Shown: positions 19,190 through 28,398, numbered from the stretch's first letter. The stretch is DNA of 64,000 bases from Candidatus Woesebacteria bacterium (GCA_035402805.1 DAONDY010000001.1:84098-148097), one strand, 5' to 3'. Numbers and translations are program-made. Notes: generated by a model from the sequence alone, not told the origin.

Positions 19190-20469
19190 TGAATTTGATA
19201 GCCAAGTCTCTTCTTTTATATGTTGAAGGCCTAAAAACCCCCATATTTAGGAAGAAACTAATAATCACTCTTTTGCTTTTAATTTTTTTCCGTCTCATTG
19301 CTCACATCCCAGTTCCGGGTGTTAATTTAGCCCTTCTCAAACAATTCTTTTCTCAAAATCAGCTTCTTTCTCTTTTAGATATTTTTTCCGGTGGGACCTT
19401 AGCTAATTTTTCTATTGCTGCTCTTGGTTTATCTCCTTATATCAATGCCTCAGTTATGATGCAACTTTTGGCTTTAGTTGTACCCCGAGTTGAAGAACTC
19501 CAAAAAGAAGGGGAATATGGTCGGGCCAAAATTAATCAATACACTCGTATTGCTACTATTCCTTTTGCCATTATTAACAGTATTGGTATGTTTACTATTC
19601 TTAAATCACAAAATATAATCACCGATTTAAGCCCAATTATGATTATTGCTATGGTTTTTAGCATGTTGGCCGGTACTATGATTATGATTTTTTTGGGAGA
19701 AATGATTAATCTTTATGGGGTTGGTAATGGTATTTCTATGCTTATTTTTGCCGGTATTATCTCTCGTTTACCAATAAGTTTTATTCAAACCTTAAGCATT
19801 ACTGATTTTTCTAATCCTCAAAATCTTTTTAATCTAGTCATTCTTGCCGCTATGGCTTTTGCTTTAATTTTAAGCATCGTTTTAGTAGAGGAAGCCATTC
19901 TTCGTGTACCTATAAATTATGCCAAACGTGGCCAATCGACCTATTTGCCAATCAAGATTAATACTGCTGGCGTTATGCCCATCATTTTTGCTGTATCTTT
20001 AGCCACCGTTCCTTCTTTATTAGGTCAGTTTTTAGGCAAAGTTTCAAATCATTTTATTGCTTCCACTGCCACCACTCTTGCTAATATTTTTAAAACTGAT
20101 GGATACGTTTACATGGTTTTTTACTTTTTATTAGTCATGGGTTTCACTTTTTTCTATACTTCAGTTATTTTCAAACCAAAAGATATCGCTGATGAATTAA
20201 GAAAGTCAGGTGGTTTTATTCCTGGAATTCGTCCTGGTATTTCCACTGAAAAACGTCTTAAGTATTTAATCAATCGAGTTATCGTTATTGGTTCGGTTTT
20301 TTTGGGACTAATCGCTGTTGCCCCATCTATAGTTCAAAAAATTACTGGAATAACTACTTTAACCATTGGCGGAACCAGCGTTCTTATCGTTGTTTCTGTA
20401 GTTATTGAATTAACTCGCAAATTAGAAAATGTCGTTCAAATGCAAAATTACGACAAATTAAGTTATTAA
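19189..20469 (+). CDS. secY: Preprotein translocase subunit SecY
   Basis: HIPVPG, LGLSPYINAS, GVGNGIS, FIPGIRPG, GGTS. Confidence 0.97.
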   Translation: MNLIAKSLLLYVEGLKTPIFRKKLIITLLLLIFFRLIAHIPVPGVNLALLKQFFSQNQLLSLLDIFSGGTLANFSIAALGLSPYINASVMMQLLALVVPRVEELQKEGEYGRAKINQYTRIATIPFAIINSIGMFTILKSQNIITDLSPIMIIAMVFSMLAGTMIMIFLGEMINLYGVGNGISMLIFAGIISRLPISFIQTLSITDFSNPQNLFNLVILAAMAFALILSIVLVEEAILRVPINYAKRGQSTYLPIKINTAGVMPIIFAVSLATVPSLLGQFLGKVSNHFIASTATTLANIFKTDGYVYMVFYFLLVMGFTFFYTSVIFKPKDIADELRKSGGFIPGIRPGISTEKRLKYLINRVIVIGSVFLGLIAVAPSIVQKITGITTLTIGGTSVLIVVSVVIELTRKLENVVQMQNYDKLSY

Positions 20470-20479
20470 TTTAAAAAAT

Positions 20480-21067
20480 ATGGCTTTAAATTTATTTATA
20501 ATTGGTCCATCAGGTTGCGGCAAATCAACCCAAGCTAAGCTTATTGCCGAAAAATATTCTCTTACTCATTTATCTATGGGTCAGCTTCTTCGTGATGAAA
20601 TTGCTGCCGCTTCTGAACTCGGTTTAAAAGCTAAATCATTTATTGATGCCGGTAATTTGGTTCCTGACGAAATTGCTTTTGCTATTTTAACCACTAATTT
20701 AGCCAAAATTAATAATCAAGATTTCATTATTGATGGTTTTCCTCGTATTTTGACTCAAGGTCAATTTATTGAAAATTATTTATCAACTCAAAATCAACCT
20801 CTAGATCTGATTATTCATCTTGATGTTACTTTTGAAGAAATTCAATCAAGACGAGCTAAATTAGGTCTCGACTTTCAAGACAAAAGTCGTACTGATAATA
20901 CTCCCGAAGCCATGGCTGGTCGTCAAAAATTTTATGACGATAATAACGGCCTAATTATGGATTATTTCCAGGCCAAAGATCTTTTATTCCGAACCGATGG
21001 CAATCGTCCAATTGAACCAATTTTTCAAGATATCTGTCAAAAAATTAATAGTTTATCTCAAAATTGA
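20480..21067 (+). CDS. adk: Adenylate kinase (short-lid type)
   Basis: GPSGCGKST P-loop, IDGFPR; follows secY. Confidence 0.93.
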   Translation: MALNLFIIGPSGCGKSTQAKLIAEKYSLTHLSMGQLLRDEIAAASELGLKAKSFIDAGNLVPDEIAFAILTTNLAKINNQDFIIDGFPRILTQGQFIENYLSTQNQPLDLIIHLDVTFEEIQSRRAKLGLDFQDKSRTDNTPEAMAGRQKFYDDNNGLIMDYFQAKDLLFRTDGNRPIEPIFQDICQKINSLSQN

Positions 21068-21267
21068 AAGAACCAACTGTCAGAGGACAAATAACCGAAG
21101 TCTTGCCTAATTCTCTTTATCGAGTTAAACTCGAAAATGGCAATGACATTATTGCTCATCTAGCCGGTAAACTTAGGATGAATCACATCCGGGTTATGGC
21201 TGGAGACAATGTTTCTCTAGTCCTTAGTCCTGAAGGGGAGAAAGGTAGAATTGTCTATCGCATATAA
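21064..21267 (+). CDS. infA: Translation initiation factor IF-1
   Basis: EVLPN, AHLAGKLR, GRIVYR; TTG start overlapping the adk stop. Confidence 0.93.
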   Translation: MKEPTVRGQITEVLPNSLYRVKLENGNDIIAHLAGKLRMNHIRVMAGDNVSLVLSPEGEKGRIVYRI

Positions 21268-21281
21268 ATTAAATTTACTCT

Positions 21282-21310
21282 TTGATATTCGCGCCTTTAT
21301 AGGTTAAAAT
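21282..21310 (+). promoter_or_regulatory. Putative promoter of the rpmJ/alpha operon
   Basis: TTGATA-17 nt-TAAAAT. Confidence 0.6.
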
Positions 21311-21324
21311 ATCCAAGTTCCTAT

Positions 21325-21438
21325 ATGAAAGTAAAATCTAGTATTAAACGTCGATGTAAAAATTGTAAAATAGTTCTCCGCCGAGGAGTTCGACGTGTTA
21401 TTTGTTCTACTAAAAGACATAACCAAAAACAGGGTTAA
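21325..21438 (+). CDS. rpmJ: 50S ribosomal protein bL36 (not in ORF track)
   Basis: Manual translation [37 protein letters not shown]. Confidence 0.96.
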   Translation: MKVKSSIKRRCKNCKIVLRRGVRRVICSTKRHNQKQG

Positions 21439-21446
21439 ATAAAAAT

Positions 21447-21866
21447 ATGAGAATTGTTGGTGTTGAAATTCCAGATAATGAAAGAGCCGAAATTGGCTTA
21501 ACTCGTTTTTTTGGCATTGGTCGAACCAATGTTAAAGAATTGGCTAAAAAAGCTAATGTTAATCTAGACACTAGAATTAAAGATTTGTCACGTGATGATG
21601 TTTCTAATTTAATGAAAGCCCTTGAAAGTTTTAAAGTCGAAGGTGATCTTAAAAAGGAAATTCGTGAAAATATTGATCGTCTAAAAGCTATTAAATCTTA
21701 TCGCGGTCTTCGTCATATTGTTAGTCTTCCTGTTCGAGGTCAAAGAACCAAAACTAATTCTCGTACCCGAAAAGGTAAGAAAAAGACTGTCGGTTCGTTA
21801 ACTAAAGAAGCTTGGGCAAAAATTGAAACTGCTCAAAAAGCTGCTAGTAACAATACTAATAAATAA
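21447..21866 (+). CDS. rpsM: 30S ribosomal protein uS13
   Basis: GIG, EGDL, YRGLRH, LPVRGQRTKTNSRTRKG. Confidence 0.97.
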   Translation: MRIVGVEIPDNERAEIGLTRFFGIGRTNVKELAKKANVNLDTRIKDLSRDDVSNLMKALESFKVEGDLKKEIRENIDRLKAIKSYRGLRHIVSLPVRGQRTKTNSRTRKGKKKTVGSLTKEAWAKIETAQKAASNNTNK

Positions 21867-21877
21867 TTAATCTAAAA

Positions 21878-22288
21878 ATGGCAGAACAAAAAACTAAAAC
21901 CAATACTAAAACAGTCGTTAAAAAGAAAACATTTAAAAATATTGCCGAAGGTCGACTTTATATTCAATCAACTTTTAACAACACTATTGTTACTGTAACT
22001 GATACTAAAGGTAAAACCGTTGCTTGGTCAAGTTCAGGAAATTGCGGTTTCAAAGGAGCCAGAAAATCTACTCCATATGCCGCCACTACTGCTATTGAAA
22101 AAACCTTAGAAGAAGCAAAAAAACATGGTATTAAAAAATTAGCAGTTTATTTAAAAGGTCCAGGCTCAGGTCGAGATGCGGCTCTTAGATTCCTTCGCAC
22201 CAAAAGAGATTTTGATGTCGATATGATTTCTGACATCACCCCCATTCCTCATAATGGTCCAAGACCTCCAAAACAAAGAAGAATTTAA
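21878..22288 (+). CDS. rpsK: 30S ribosomal protein uS11
   Basis: STFNNT, GFKGARKSTPYAA, DITPIPHNG. Confidence 0.97.
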   Translation: MAEQKTKTNTKTVVKKKTFKNIAEGRLYIQSTFNNTIVTVTDTKGKTVAWSSSGNCGFKGARKSTPYAATTAIEKTLEEAKKHGIKKLAVYLKGPGSGRDAALRFLRTKRDFDVDMISDITPIPHNGPRPPKQRRI

Positions 22289-22298
22289 TTAAAAACAT

Positions 22299-22931
22299 AT
22301 GTCCAGAATTACTTTAAATACAAAATGTCGACTTTGTCGAGCTGCTGGTTCCAAACTTTATTTGAAAGGTATTCGTTGTAACTCTTCAAAATGTCCAATC
22401 GAAAAGAAAGGTGCTGTTAAGCCAGGTATGCACGGTGTTAAAGGTGGCAGTAAGCCAACCGATTATGGTATTCAGCTTCGTGCTAAACAAAAAGCTAAAA
22501 GAATCTATGGTGTTCAAGAAACCCAATTCAATAATTATTATCTTAAAGCCAAAAAACTTAAGGGTTTGGTCGGTGACAATTTAATGATTCTTCTTGAAAA
22601 AAGATTAGACAATGTTCTTTATAAATCTGGTTTGGTTTTATCTCGATCCTTAGCTAAACAATTAATCAGTCATAAACATATTTTAGTCAATGATAAAAAG
22701 CTTAATATCGCTTCTTATGAAACCAAAATTGGTGATTTAATCAGTTTTGACGCTAAAACTATGAACAATTACAAAGATGTTCTCCCTGCTATGGAAAGTG
22801 ATTTTAAGAGTCCACAATGGCTCGATTTAAATAAGAAAAACCTTACTGTCAAAGTCATTTCTGCCCCAATTAAGGAAGAAATGTCCGCCGACATTGATGT
22901 CAATTTAATAATTGAATATTATTCAAGATAA
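22299..22931 (+). CDS. rpsD: 30S ribosomal protein uS4
   Basis: CRLCR, KQKAKRIYG, LEKRLDN, IEYYSR. Confidence 0.97.
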   Translation: MSRITLNTKCRLCRAAGSKLYLKGIRCNSSKCPIEKKGAVKPGMHGVKGGSKPTDYGIQLRAKQKAKRIYGVQETQFNNYYLKAKKLKGLVGDNLMILLEKRLDNVLYKSGLVLSRSLAKQLISHKHILVNDKKLNIASYETKIGDLISFDAKTMNNYKDVLPAMESDFKSPQWLDLNKKNLTVKVISAPIKEEMSADIDVNLIIEYYSR

Positions 22932-22948
22932 TAAAAAAAGGAGATACA

Positions 22949-23866
22949 ATGATCGAAACAAATAAGTTTAATATAAAAACCGTCAAAACAGAGAAAAAAT
23001 ACGGTAAATTCGAGCTCAGTCCATTAGTCGGTGGCTTTGGTCACACTCTTGGTAACAGTCTACGTCGTGTTTTATTAATCACTATCCCTGGTGCGGCTAT
23101 AACCAAAATCAGAGTTGATGGTGCTAATCATCTTTTTACCACTCTTCCAGGAGTTAAAGAAGATTTAGTCGAAGTATCTTTAAATCTTAAAAAAGTTAAA
23201 TTTGAATATAATCAGAACGAGCCAGTTGTTTTAACTCTCGAAAAGAAAGGTCCAGGAATTGTCACTGCTGCCGATATTTCTAGCACTGATTTATGTAAAG
23301 TTTCTAATCCTGAACAAGTAATTGCTACTCTTGCTGATAATAAGTCATCTTTAAAGATTTCTTTAACTGTCGAAAGGGGAGTTGGCTATACTCTTGCTAA
23401 AGAACAAAAAACCGATATTGTCGGTGAAATAATTCTAGACGCTGCTTTCACTCCAGTTATTAAAACTAATTACACTGTTGAACCAACTCGTTTAGGTAAA
23501 AAATCAAACTACGACAAATTAACTATGGAAATTTGGACCGATGGTTCTATTGATCCTCTTCAAGCTCTTAAAATGGCTGCTAAGGATTTAATTAGTTCTT
23601 TCTCTCAAATAGTTGATCCAAAAGAATTTGAAGAAGAAGTTATTACTTTAATGGCCTCTCCAAATCCACATGGTAGCGATATTTCTGTTGAAGAAATTGA
23701 ACTTCCATTAAGAGTCACTAATGCTCTTAAAAAAGCTGGCTATCCAACTATTGATGTTTTAATCAAAGCTGGTCGTTTAGATGTCAGTAAAGCTAAAAAC
23801 GTTGGCGAAAAATCATTAAAAGTTATCGATGCCTGGTTAAAAGAAAGAGGCTTCACTTGGAAATAA
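22949..23866 (+). CDS. rpoA: RNA polymerase subunit alpha
   Basis: GFGHTLGNSLRRVLL, GVKED, C-terminal domain; SD AAAGGAGA. Confidence 0.97.
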   Translation: MIETNKFNIKTVKTEKKYGKFELSPLVGGFGHTLGNSLRRVLLITIPGAAITKIRVDGANHLFTTLPGVKEDLVEVSLNLKKVKFEYNQNEPVVLTLEKKGPGIVTAADISSTDLCKVSNPEQVIATLADNKSSLKISLTVERGVGYTLAKEQKTDIVGEIILDAAFTPVIKTNYTVEPTRLGKKSNYDKLTMEIWTDGSIDPLQALKMAAKDLISSFSQIVDPKEFEEEVITLMASPNPHGSDISVEEIELPLRVTNALKKAGYPTIDVLIKAGRLDVSKAKNVGEKSLKVIDAWLKERGFTWK

Positions 23867-23869
23867 ATT

Positions 23870-24337
23870 ATGAGACATCGAATGGTAGGTAAAAAATTAG
23901 GCCGTAATTTCAACGAAAGAAAGGCTTTATTGAAGTCTTTAACTAAATCCATGTTTACTTATGGATCAATTGAAACTACCGAAGCTAAGGTAAAAGCTGT
24001 TATTCCCATGGTGGAAGGTCTAGCTAATACCATTATTACCAAAGAAGAATTAACTGCCAAAAGAGAACTATTTAAAGTTCTTCAAGATCAAAATTGGGTT
24101 AATCGTGTCGTTGCCAATTTTAAATCAGTTTTTGGTGACCAAAAATCAAATTTCACCGCTGTCACTAAAATAAAACGACGTTTTGGTGATGATGCTTTAA
24201 TTGTCAAATATAGTTTTGTTAAAACTGTTGATTTTCAACCAAAAAAAGTTGAAGTTGTTAAAAAAGACAAAAAAGCTGTTGTTAAAAAAGAAAAACCAGT
24301 CAAAAAAGTTAAAGCAGTCAAAAAGGAGTCAAAATAA
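23870..24337 (+). CDS. rplQ: 50S ribosomal protein bL17 with Lys/Val-rich tail
   Basis: MRHR...KKLGR, IETTEAK, RRFGDDA. Confidence 0.95.
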   Translation: MRHRMVGKKLGRNFNERKALLKSLTKSMFTYGSIETTEAKVKAVIPMVEGLANTIITKEELTAKRELFKVLQDQNWVNRVVANFKSVFGDQKSNFTAVTKIKRRFGDDALIVKYSFVKTVDFQPKKVEVVKKDKKAVVKKEKPVKKVKAVKKESK

Positions 24338-24753
24338 TGAAAACTACAGTTTTAAAAGGTAACACCGTCGAAAGACAATGGCATTTAATCGATCTTAAAG
24401 GTAAAACTTTAGGTCGTGCTTGTACTGAAATTGCTGGTATTTTGATTGGTAAAGGTAAAATAGATTTTTCTTATCATCGAGATGATGGTGATTATGTTGT
24501 TGCTATAAATGCCGCTGATATTGTTACCACCGGTCGTAAATTAAAACAAAAAGTTTATTATCATCACACCGCTTGGTCTGGTCATTTAAAAGAGCTCACC
24601 CTTGGTGAACTTTTGCGAAAAGATGCCCGTCAGGTCATTACTCACGGTGTTTATGGTATGTTACCTAAAAACAAACTAAGAGATGTCAGAATGACTCGTT
24701 TAAAAGTTTTTGTCGATTCTAATCACAAATATGGTGAAAAATTCAATAAATAA
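24337..24753 (+). CDS. rplM: 50S ribosomal protein uL13
   Basis: WHLID, LGR, GDYVVAINA, GMLPKN. Confidence 0.96.
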   Translation: MKTTVLKGNTVERQWHLIDLKGKTLGRACTEIAGILIGKGKIDFSYHRDDGDYVVAINAADIVTTGRKLKQKVYYHHTAWSGHLKELTLGELLRKDARQVITHGVYGMLPKNKLRDVRMTRLKVFVDSNHKYGEKFNK

Positions 24754-25144
24754 AAATACTTATACTTACGCTATTGGTAGAAGAAAATCTGCCGTTGCTG
24801 CCGTTAAATTATTTTCTCAAAAAGGGGACTCAAACGTTAATAAAGTCTCCGCCGATAAATATTTTCCCAGCAAGGCTGCTCAAATTGCTTACGAAAGACC
24901 TTTTTTAGTCACTGACACTGTCGGTAAATATCATTTTGAAGCTAAAATCACTGGTGGCGGTAAAGCTGGCCAAGTTGAAGCATTAAGTTTAGCTCTTTGT
25001 CGTGCTTTAGTTAAAATAAATGAATCTTTTAAGGCAATTATAAAACCGACTGGTTTATTAACCGTTGATTCCCGAGTAAAAGAAAGAAGAATGGTTGGTA
25101 CTGGTGGAAAATCACGACGTCAAAAGCAATCTCCAAAGCGTTAA
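24731..25144 (+). CDS. rpsI: 30S ribosomal protein uS9
   Basis: GRRKSAVA, GGG..GQ, LLTVDSRVKER, SPKR; probable start ATG 24731. Confidence 0.95.
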   Translation: MVKNSINKNTYTYAIGRRKSAVAAVKLFSQKGDSNVNKVSADKYFPSKAAQIAYERPFLVTDTVGKYHFEAKITGGGKAGQVEALSLALCRALVKINESFKAIIKPTGLLTVDSRVKERRMVGTGGKSRRQKQSPKR

Positions 25145-25162
25145 GCTTTATTTTGTACTTAC

Positions 25163-25191
25163 ATCCCTCACTTCGGTGGGGGATTTTTTTT
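25163..25191 (+). terminator. Terminator of the ribosomal protein cluster
   Basis: ATCCCTCAC-TTCG-GTGGGGGAT plus T tract. Confidence 0.85.
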
Positions 25192-25265
25192 CAAAAAAAT
25201 ACGGTCAAACAATCAAAATAAAATCCCCACCAAATGGTGAAAATTATTTTGATCATCCGACCGTA
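25192..25265 (-). terminator. Long terminal hairpin/terminator of cassette C
   Basis: Minus strand TACGGTCGGA...ATCAAAATAA..TTCACCA-TT-TGGTGGG..TTATTTTGAT...TTTGACCGTA followed by a T tract. Confidence 0.75.
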
Positions 25266-25268
25266 AAG

Positions 25269-25576
25269 AGAGACTAATTATTGTCTAAAACAACAGAAAA
25301 TAGTTTTTTATAGAGTATCAGGCAACTTATTTTTTGTTGTCTTGTTTCGTTTTGGAACCTGAAACTGCCAATTGTGGCATTGTATCCGTAAACTGTTCCT
25401 CGTATACACATTGCCTCAATTTTTGGTAACAATTCCTCATCAAAAAAAATTTCTTTACTGATAATAATCTTTTTCTCTTCCAATACATCCTCGATTTTCT
25501 CCATTACCCTCTTAATTTCTTGGAATACCAGATCTTTCATTTTTCCCTTTTCCTTTCTACAGTTATTTTAGTCTCT
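25269..25576 (-). repeat. Inverted repeat enclosing the cassette C ORF (arms 25568-25576 and 25269-25277)
   Basis: Minus strand AGAGACTAA upstream of the SD and TTAGTCTCT overlapping the TAG stop (9 bp perfect). Confidence 0.6.
25274..25540 (-). CDS. Orphan hypothetical protein (cassette C payload)
   Basis: 88-aa ORF with purine-rich SD-like GAAAGGAAAAGGG, own promoter and terminator. Confidence 0.6.
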   Translation of the reverse strand: MKDLVFQEIKRVMEKIEDVLEEKKIIISKEIFFDEELLPKIEAMCIRGTVYGYNATIGSFRFQNETRQQKISCLILYKKLFSVVLDNN

Positions 25577-25726
25577 ATATAAAAACGGCATTACTTTTTT
25601 TAGAATAAATTAATTTATTTATCCTAAAATTTCAATAATACCGTTGATTACCTTGTAACTTTTTCAACGCCATGTTGTAAAGTTACGATGTTAATGTTCG
25701 ATCAAATTTATTGATCAACAAGGCAA

Positions 25727-25755
25727 ATTTTATCAAAAAGAACCTATAATGTCAA
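25727..25755 (-). promoter_or_regulatory. Sigma70 promoter of cassette C
   Basis: TTGACA-17 nt-TAAAAT on the minus strand. Confidence 0.8.
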
Positions 25756-25810
25756 TATAGTTTATAAATTTATCATTAAAAATTAGACATTATTTTGATT
25801 ATAATTACTC

Positions 25811-26542
25811 ATGTCTTTATTCCAATCCATCATCTTAAGTTTTGTTCAAGGTGTTACTGAATTTTTACCCATATCTTCCGATGGGCATCTTAATTTATTC
25901 CAGCATTTTTTTAAATTGACACCATCTCTAACCTTTGATGTTTTTCTCCATGCTGCCACCTTTTTATCAGTTGTTTTCTTTTTTAGAAATCAAATTAAAT
26001 ATTTTTTTAGCAATTTAAAATACATTATTGTCGGTTCTATTCCGGCTGTTATTGTTGGTTTTTTCTTTAAAGATCAAATAGAATCCTTATTTTCTAACCC
26101 CAAACTTTTACCACTATTTTTTCTAGCCACTGCTATTCCCGTTTTTTCCACTAAATTTATTAAGAAGCAGGATAAAAAAATTACTTATTTTTCTGCTTTT
26201 ATTATTGGTCTTTTCCAATCAATTGCTATTCTTCCCGGAGTTTCTCGTTCTGGTTTAACCATCTTTTCTGCTCTTCTTTTAGGTCTTTCTTCTATCAATG
26301 CTTTTAATTTTTCCTTTTGTCTTTTCCTTCCAGCTTCCTTTGGTGCTATTGTTCTTTCTACTAAAGACATTATTTCTCAATCGATTATTACTCCCAATAA
26401 TTTAATCGCTTTTGTGGTGGCTTTTTTCACTGGATTGATTGCTCTAAAATTTCTTAAAAAAGTTGTTACCGGTCAAAAATTTTGGATCTTTGGTATTTAC
26501 ACTTTTATTTTAGCTTTAACACTCACCTGTTTTTCCATTTAA
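25811..26542 (+). CDS. uppP: Undecaprenyl-diphosphate phosphatase (BacA family)
   Basis: QGVTEFLPISSDGHL, PGVSRSG; multi-TM. Confidence 0.93.
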   Translation: MSLFQSIILSFVQGVTEFLPISSDGHLNLFQHFFKLTPSLTFDVFLHAATFLSVVFFFRNQIKYFFSNLKYIIVGSIPAVIVGFFFKDQIESLFSNPKLLPLFFLATAIPVFSTKFIKKQDKKITYFSAFIIGLFQSIAILPGVSRSGLTIFSALLLGLSSINAFNFSFCLFLPASFGAIVLSTKDIISQSIITPNNLIAFVVAFFTGLIALKFLKKVVTGQKFWIFGIYTFILALTLTCFSI

Positions 26543-26674
26543 TTTATCCATCATTATTTTCTTTAAGTTTTCTGACGCCAATTCAATCACCTTCTTTTGT
26601 TTATATTTTTGTTTTTCTTTTTTACTTTCTGTCTCAACTTGAAAAACTAATTCTTGTTTATAATTACTTTCCAT
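26516..26674 (-). CDS. Small Lys/Glu-rich hypothetical protein (52 aa, not in ORF track)
   Basis: Manual translation MESNYKQELVFQVETESKKEKQKYKQKKVIELASENLKKIMMDKLNGKTGEC; starts 2 nt after the upstream stop. Confidence 0.45.
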   Translation of the reverse strand: MESNYKQELVFQVETESKKEKQKYKQKKVIELASENLKKIMMDKLNGKTGEC

Positions 26675-26676
26675 AT

Positions 26677-27630
26677 TTAAATTTGTCCTGACATATAATT
26701 TTTCCAGATTAAATACAACTCGGTTGTTGCCGTTGCGTCTCTAGCCACATAATCAGCAATTTTATTGAATTCACCCTCATTATATAATTTCGTCACATCA
26801 TCACCATGAACTCCTTTTTCCTTTGGGTTTTCAATTCCAAAAGCCTTACACAACATTTCCAATTTAAAACCGTGACTTTGTCTTATTTTGTTTTGTAAAT
26901 CTAAAAATTTATCTGATCCCCATTTTTTAATTTCAAATGGCATCTTCACTCGGTTTATTCCCGATCTAATCATCAAATAGGGGAAATCAAAAGTATCGCC
27001 GTTATAAGTCACAAATTGTTCATATGTTGATGTTATTTTCCAAAATTCTTCCAATAATTCCTTTTCGGTGGCAAATGTTTTATAAGTGAAATTATCTTTT
27101 TCTGGTTTAATTTCCTTAGTTGATAAACTCAATACAAATCCAGTTTTATTACCCACATCTAATGCTCCAATTGCACAAACTATTCCAAAAATAGAATATA
27201 AAGCTGTTTTATTTTTGGCAACTTCTTTATCCGGTTCAGCCTTTTCTAAATTATTCAAAAGATAATCTTGTTCAACTTCATCTAATTCCTCGAACTTTTT
27301 ACCTAAAGTTTCAATATCAAAAACCAAAGTTGGAACAGAAGGGGAGTAATCGCTGGGTTCTTCGGTTGTCACAATTTGGCAATTATCAATAATTATTCCT
27401 ATTTTTCCATTATATTCTTGAGACTTACCATTAATTTCAATTACTTTTCCTTCCTCAAATTGACATTGAGTTACATTATTATTCCAAATTTTAGCTTCAA
27501 TAATTCCATCTGGATTACAAAGTTGCAAAATATAATAATTGTCGCCCTTGACTGTCTGTCTAATTTCTTTGCTTTTTACTAAAAAATGCTGATCTCTTAT
27601 TAATTCATTTGCTCCTAATTTAATTGCCAT
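26677..27630 (-). CDS. OB-fold domain fused to PolB-type DEDD 3'-5' exonuclease
   Basis: N-terminal YhaM-like OB pattern (G.IEAKIW); FDIET, TYNGDTFDFPY, YVARD exonuclease motifs. Confidence 0.8.
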   Translation of the reverse strand: MAIKLGANELIRDQHFLVKSKEIRQTVKGDNYYILQLCNPDGIIEAKIWNNNVTQCQFEEGKVIEINGKSQEYNGKIGIIIDNCQIVTTEEPSDYSPSVPTLVFDIETLGKKFEELDEVEQDYLLNNLEKAEPDKEVAKNKTALYSIFGIVCAIGALDVGNKTGFVLSLSTKEIKPEKDNFTYKTFATEKELLEEFWKITSTYEQFVTYNGDTFDFPYLMIRSGINRVKMPFEIKKWGSDKFLDLQNKIRQSHGFKLEMLCKAFGIENPKEKGVHGDDVTKLYNEGEFNKIADYVARDATATTELYLIWKNYMSGQI

Positions 27631-27751
27631 ATATCAAATTATATCCCAAATAAGTCTTAATTATTAATTCTTAATTATTAATTTAATATATGTATCAGAT
27701 ACATACTAATAATTTGACTGAAAATCCATTAATGTTATAATTTTATCCACT

Positions 27752-28318
27752 ATGTATCTACACATAAACATCGGAGACGAATCTCCAAAAATTGTCAACG
27801 CCATTATTGAAATTCCTAAAAGCACTTCCAACAAGTACGAATACGACGAAGAAATGGACATAATCAAATTAGATCGAGTTCTACATTCACCCATGTTTTA
27901 TCCAGTCGATTATGGTTTTATTCCCGACACTCGTTCCAAAGATGGTGATCATCTAGATGTTATGGTTATAACTCAATCTCCAGTTTTTACAGGTTGCCTT
28001 TTAGAAGTCCGTCCTATTGGCGCTTTAATTATGTCAGATGAAAGTGGTGACGATGAAAAAATTTTGGCTGTTCCAGTTAAAAATCCACTTTATAATGAAT
28101 ATCAAAAATTATCCGATGTTCCGCAACATTTTTTAAAAGAATTAGTTCATTTTTTTACGGAATATAAACGATTAGAAGATAGTAAAAATGTCACCGTTAA
28201 AGGTTGGATTAGTAAAAAAGAAGCCCACGACGTTATCAATGAATCGGCTAAACTCTATCAGGAAGAGCAAAAACAAAAAGAAAGAGAAATGACCGCCGCT
28301 GCTTCCATCCAAAGTTAA
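27752..28318 (+). CDS. ppa: Inorganic pyrophosphatase (family I)
   Basis: NKYEYD, LDRVL, YPVDYGFIP, DGDHLD, DDEK. Confidence 0.96.
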   Translation: MYLHINIGDESPKIVNAIIEIPKSTSNKYEYDEEMDIIKLDRVLHSPMFYPVDYGFIPDTRSKDGDHLDVMVITQSPVFTGCLLEVRPIGALIMSDESGDDEKILAVPVKNPLYNEYQKLSDVPQHFLKELVHFFTEYKRLEDSKNVTVKGWISKKEAHDVINESAKLYQEEQKQKEREMTAAASIQS

Positions 28319-28324
28319 CTTAAG

Positions 28325-28398
28325 TCGGGAATACAGGATTCGAACCTGCAGCCTCATGCACCCCATGCATGCGCGCTAGCCAATTGCGCCAATCCCCG
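28325..28398 (-). tRNA. tRNA-Pro(GGG), CCA not encoded
   Basis: Cloverleaf CGGGGAT...CATGC-ATGGGGT-GCATG...GGTTCGAATCC...ATTCCCG-A. Confidence 0.95.

Noticed and set aside
28325-28398. tRNA-Pro or tRNA-Gln as prophage/island attachment sites
   Set aside because: No duplicated tRNA 3' end or integrase seen; flanks are mostly housekeeping genes
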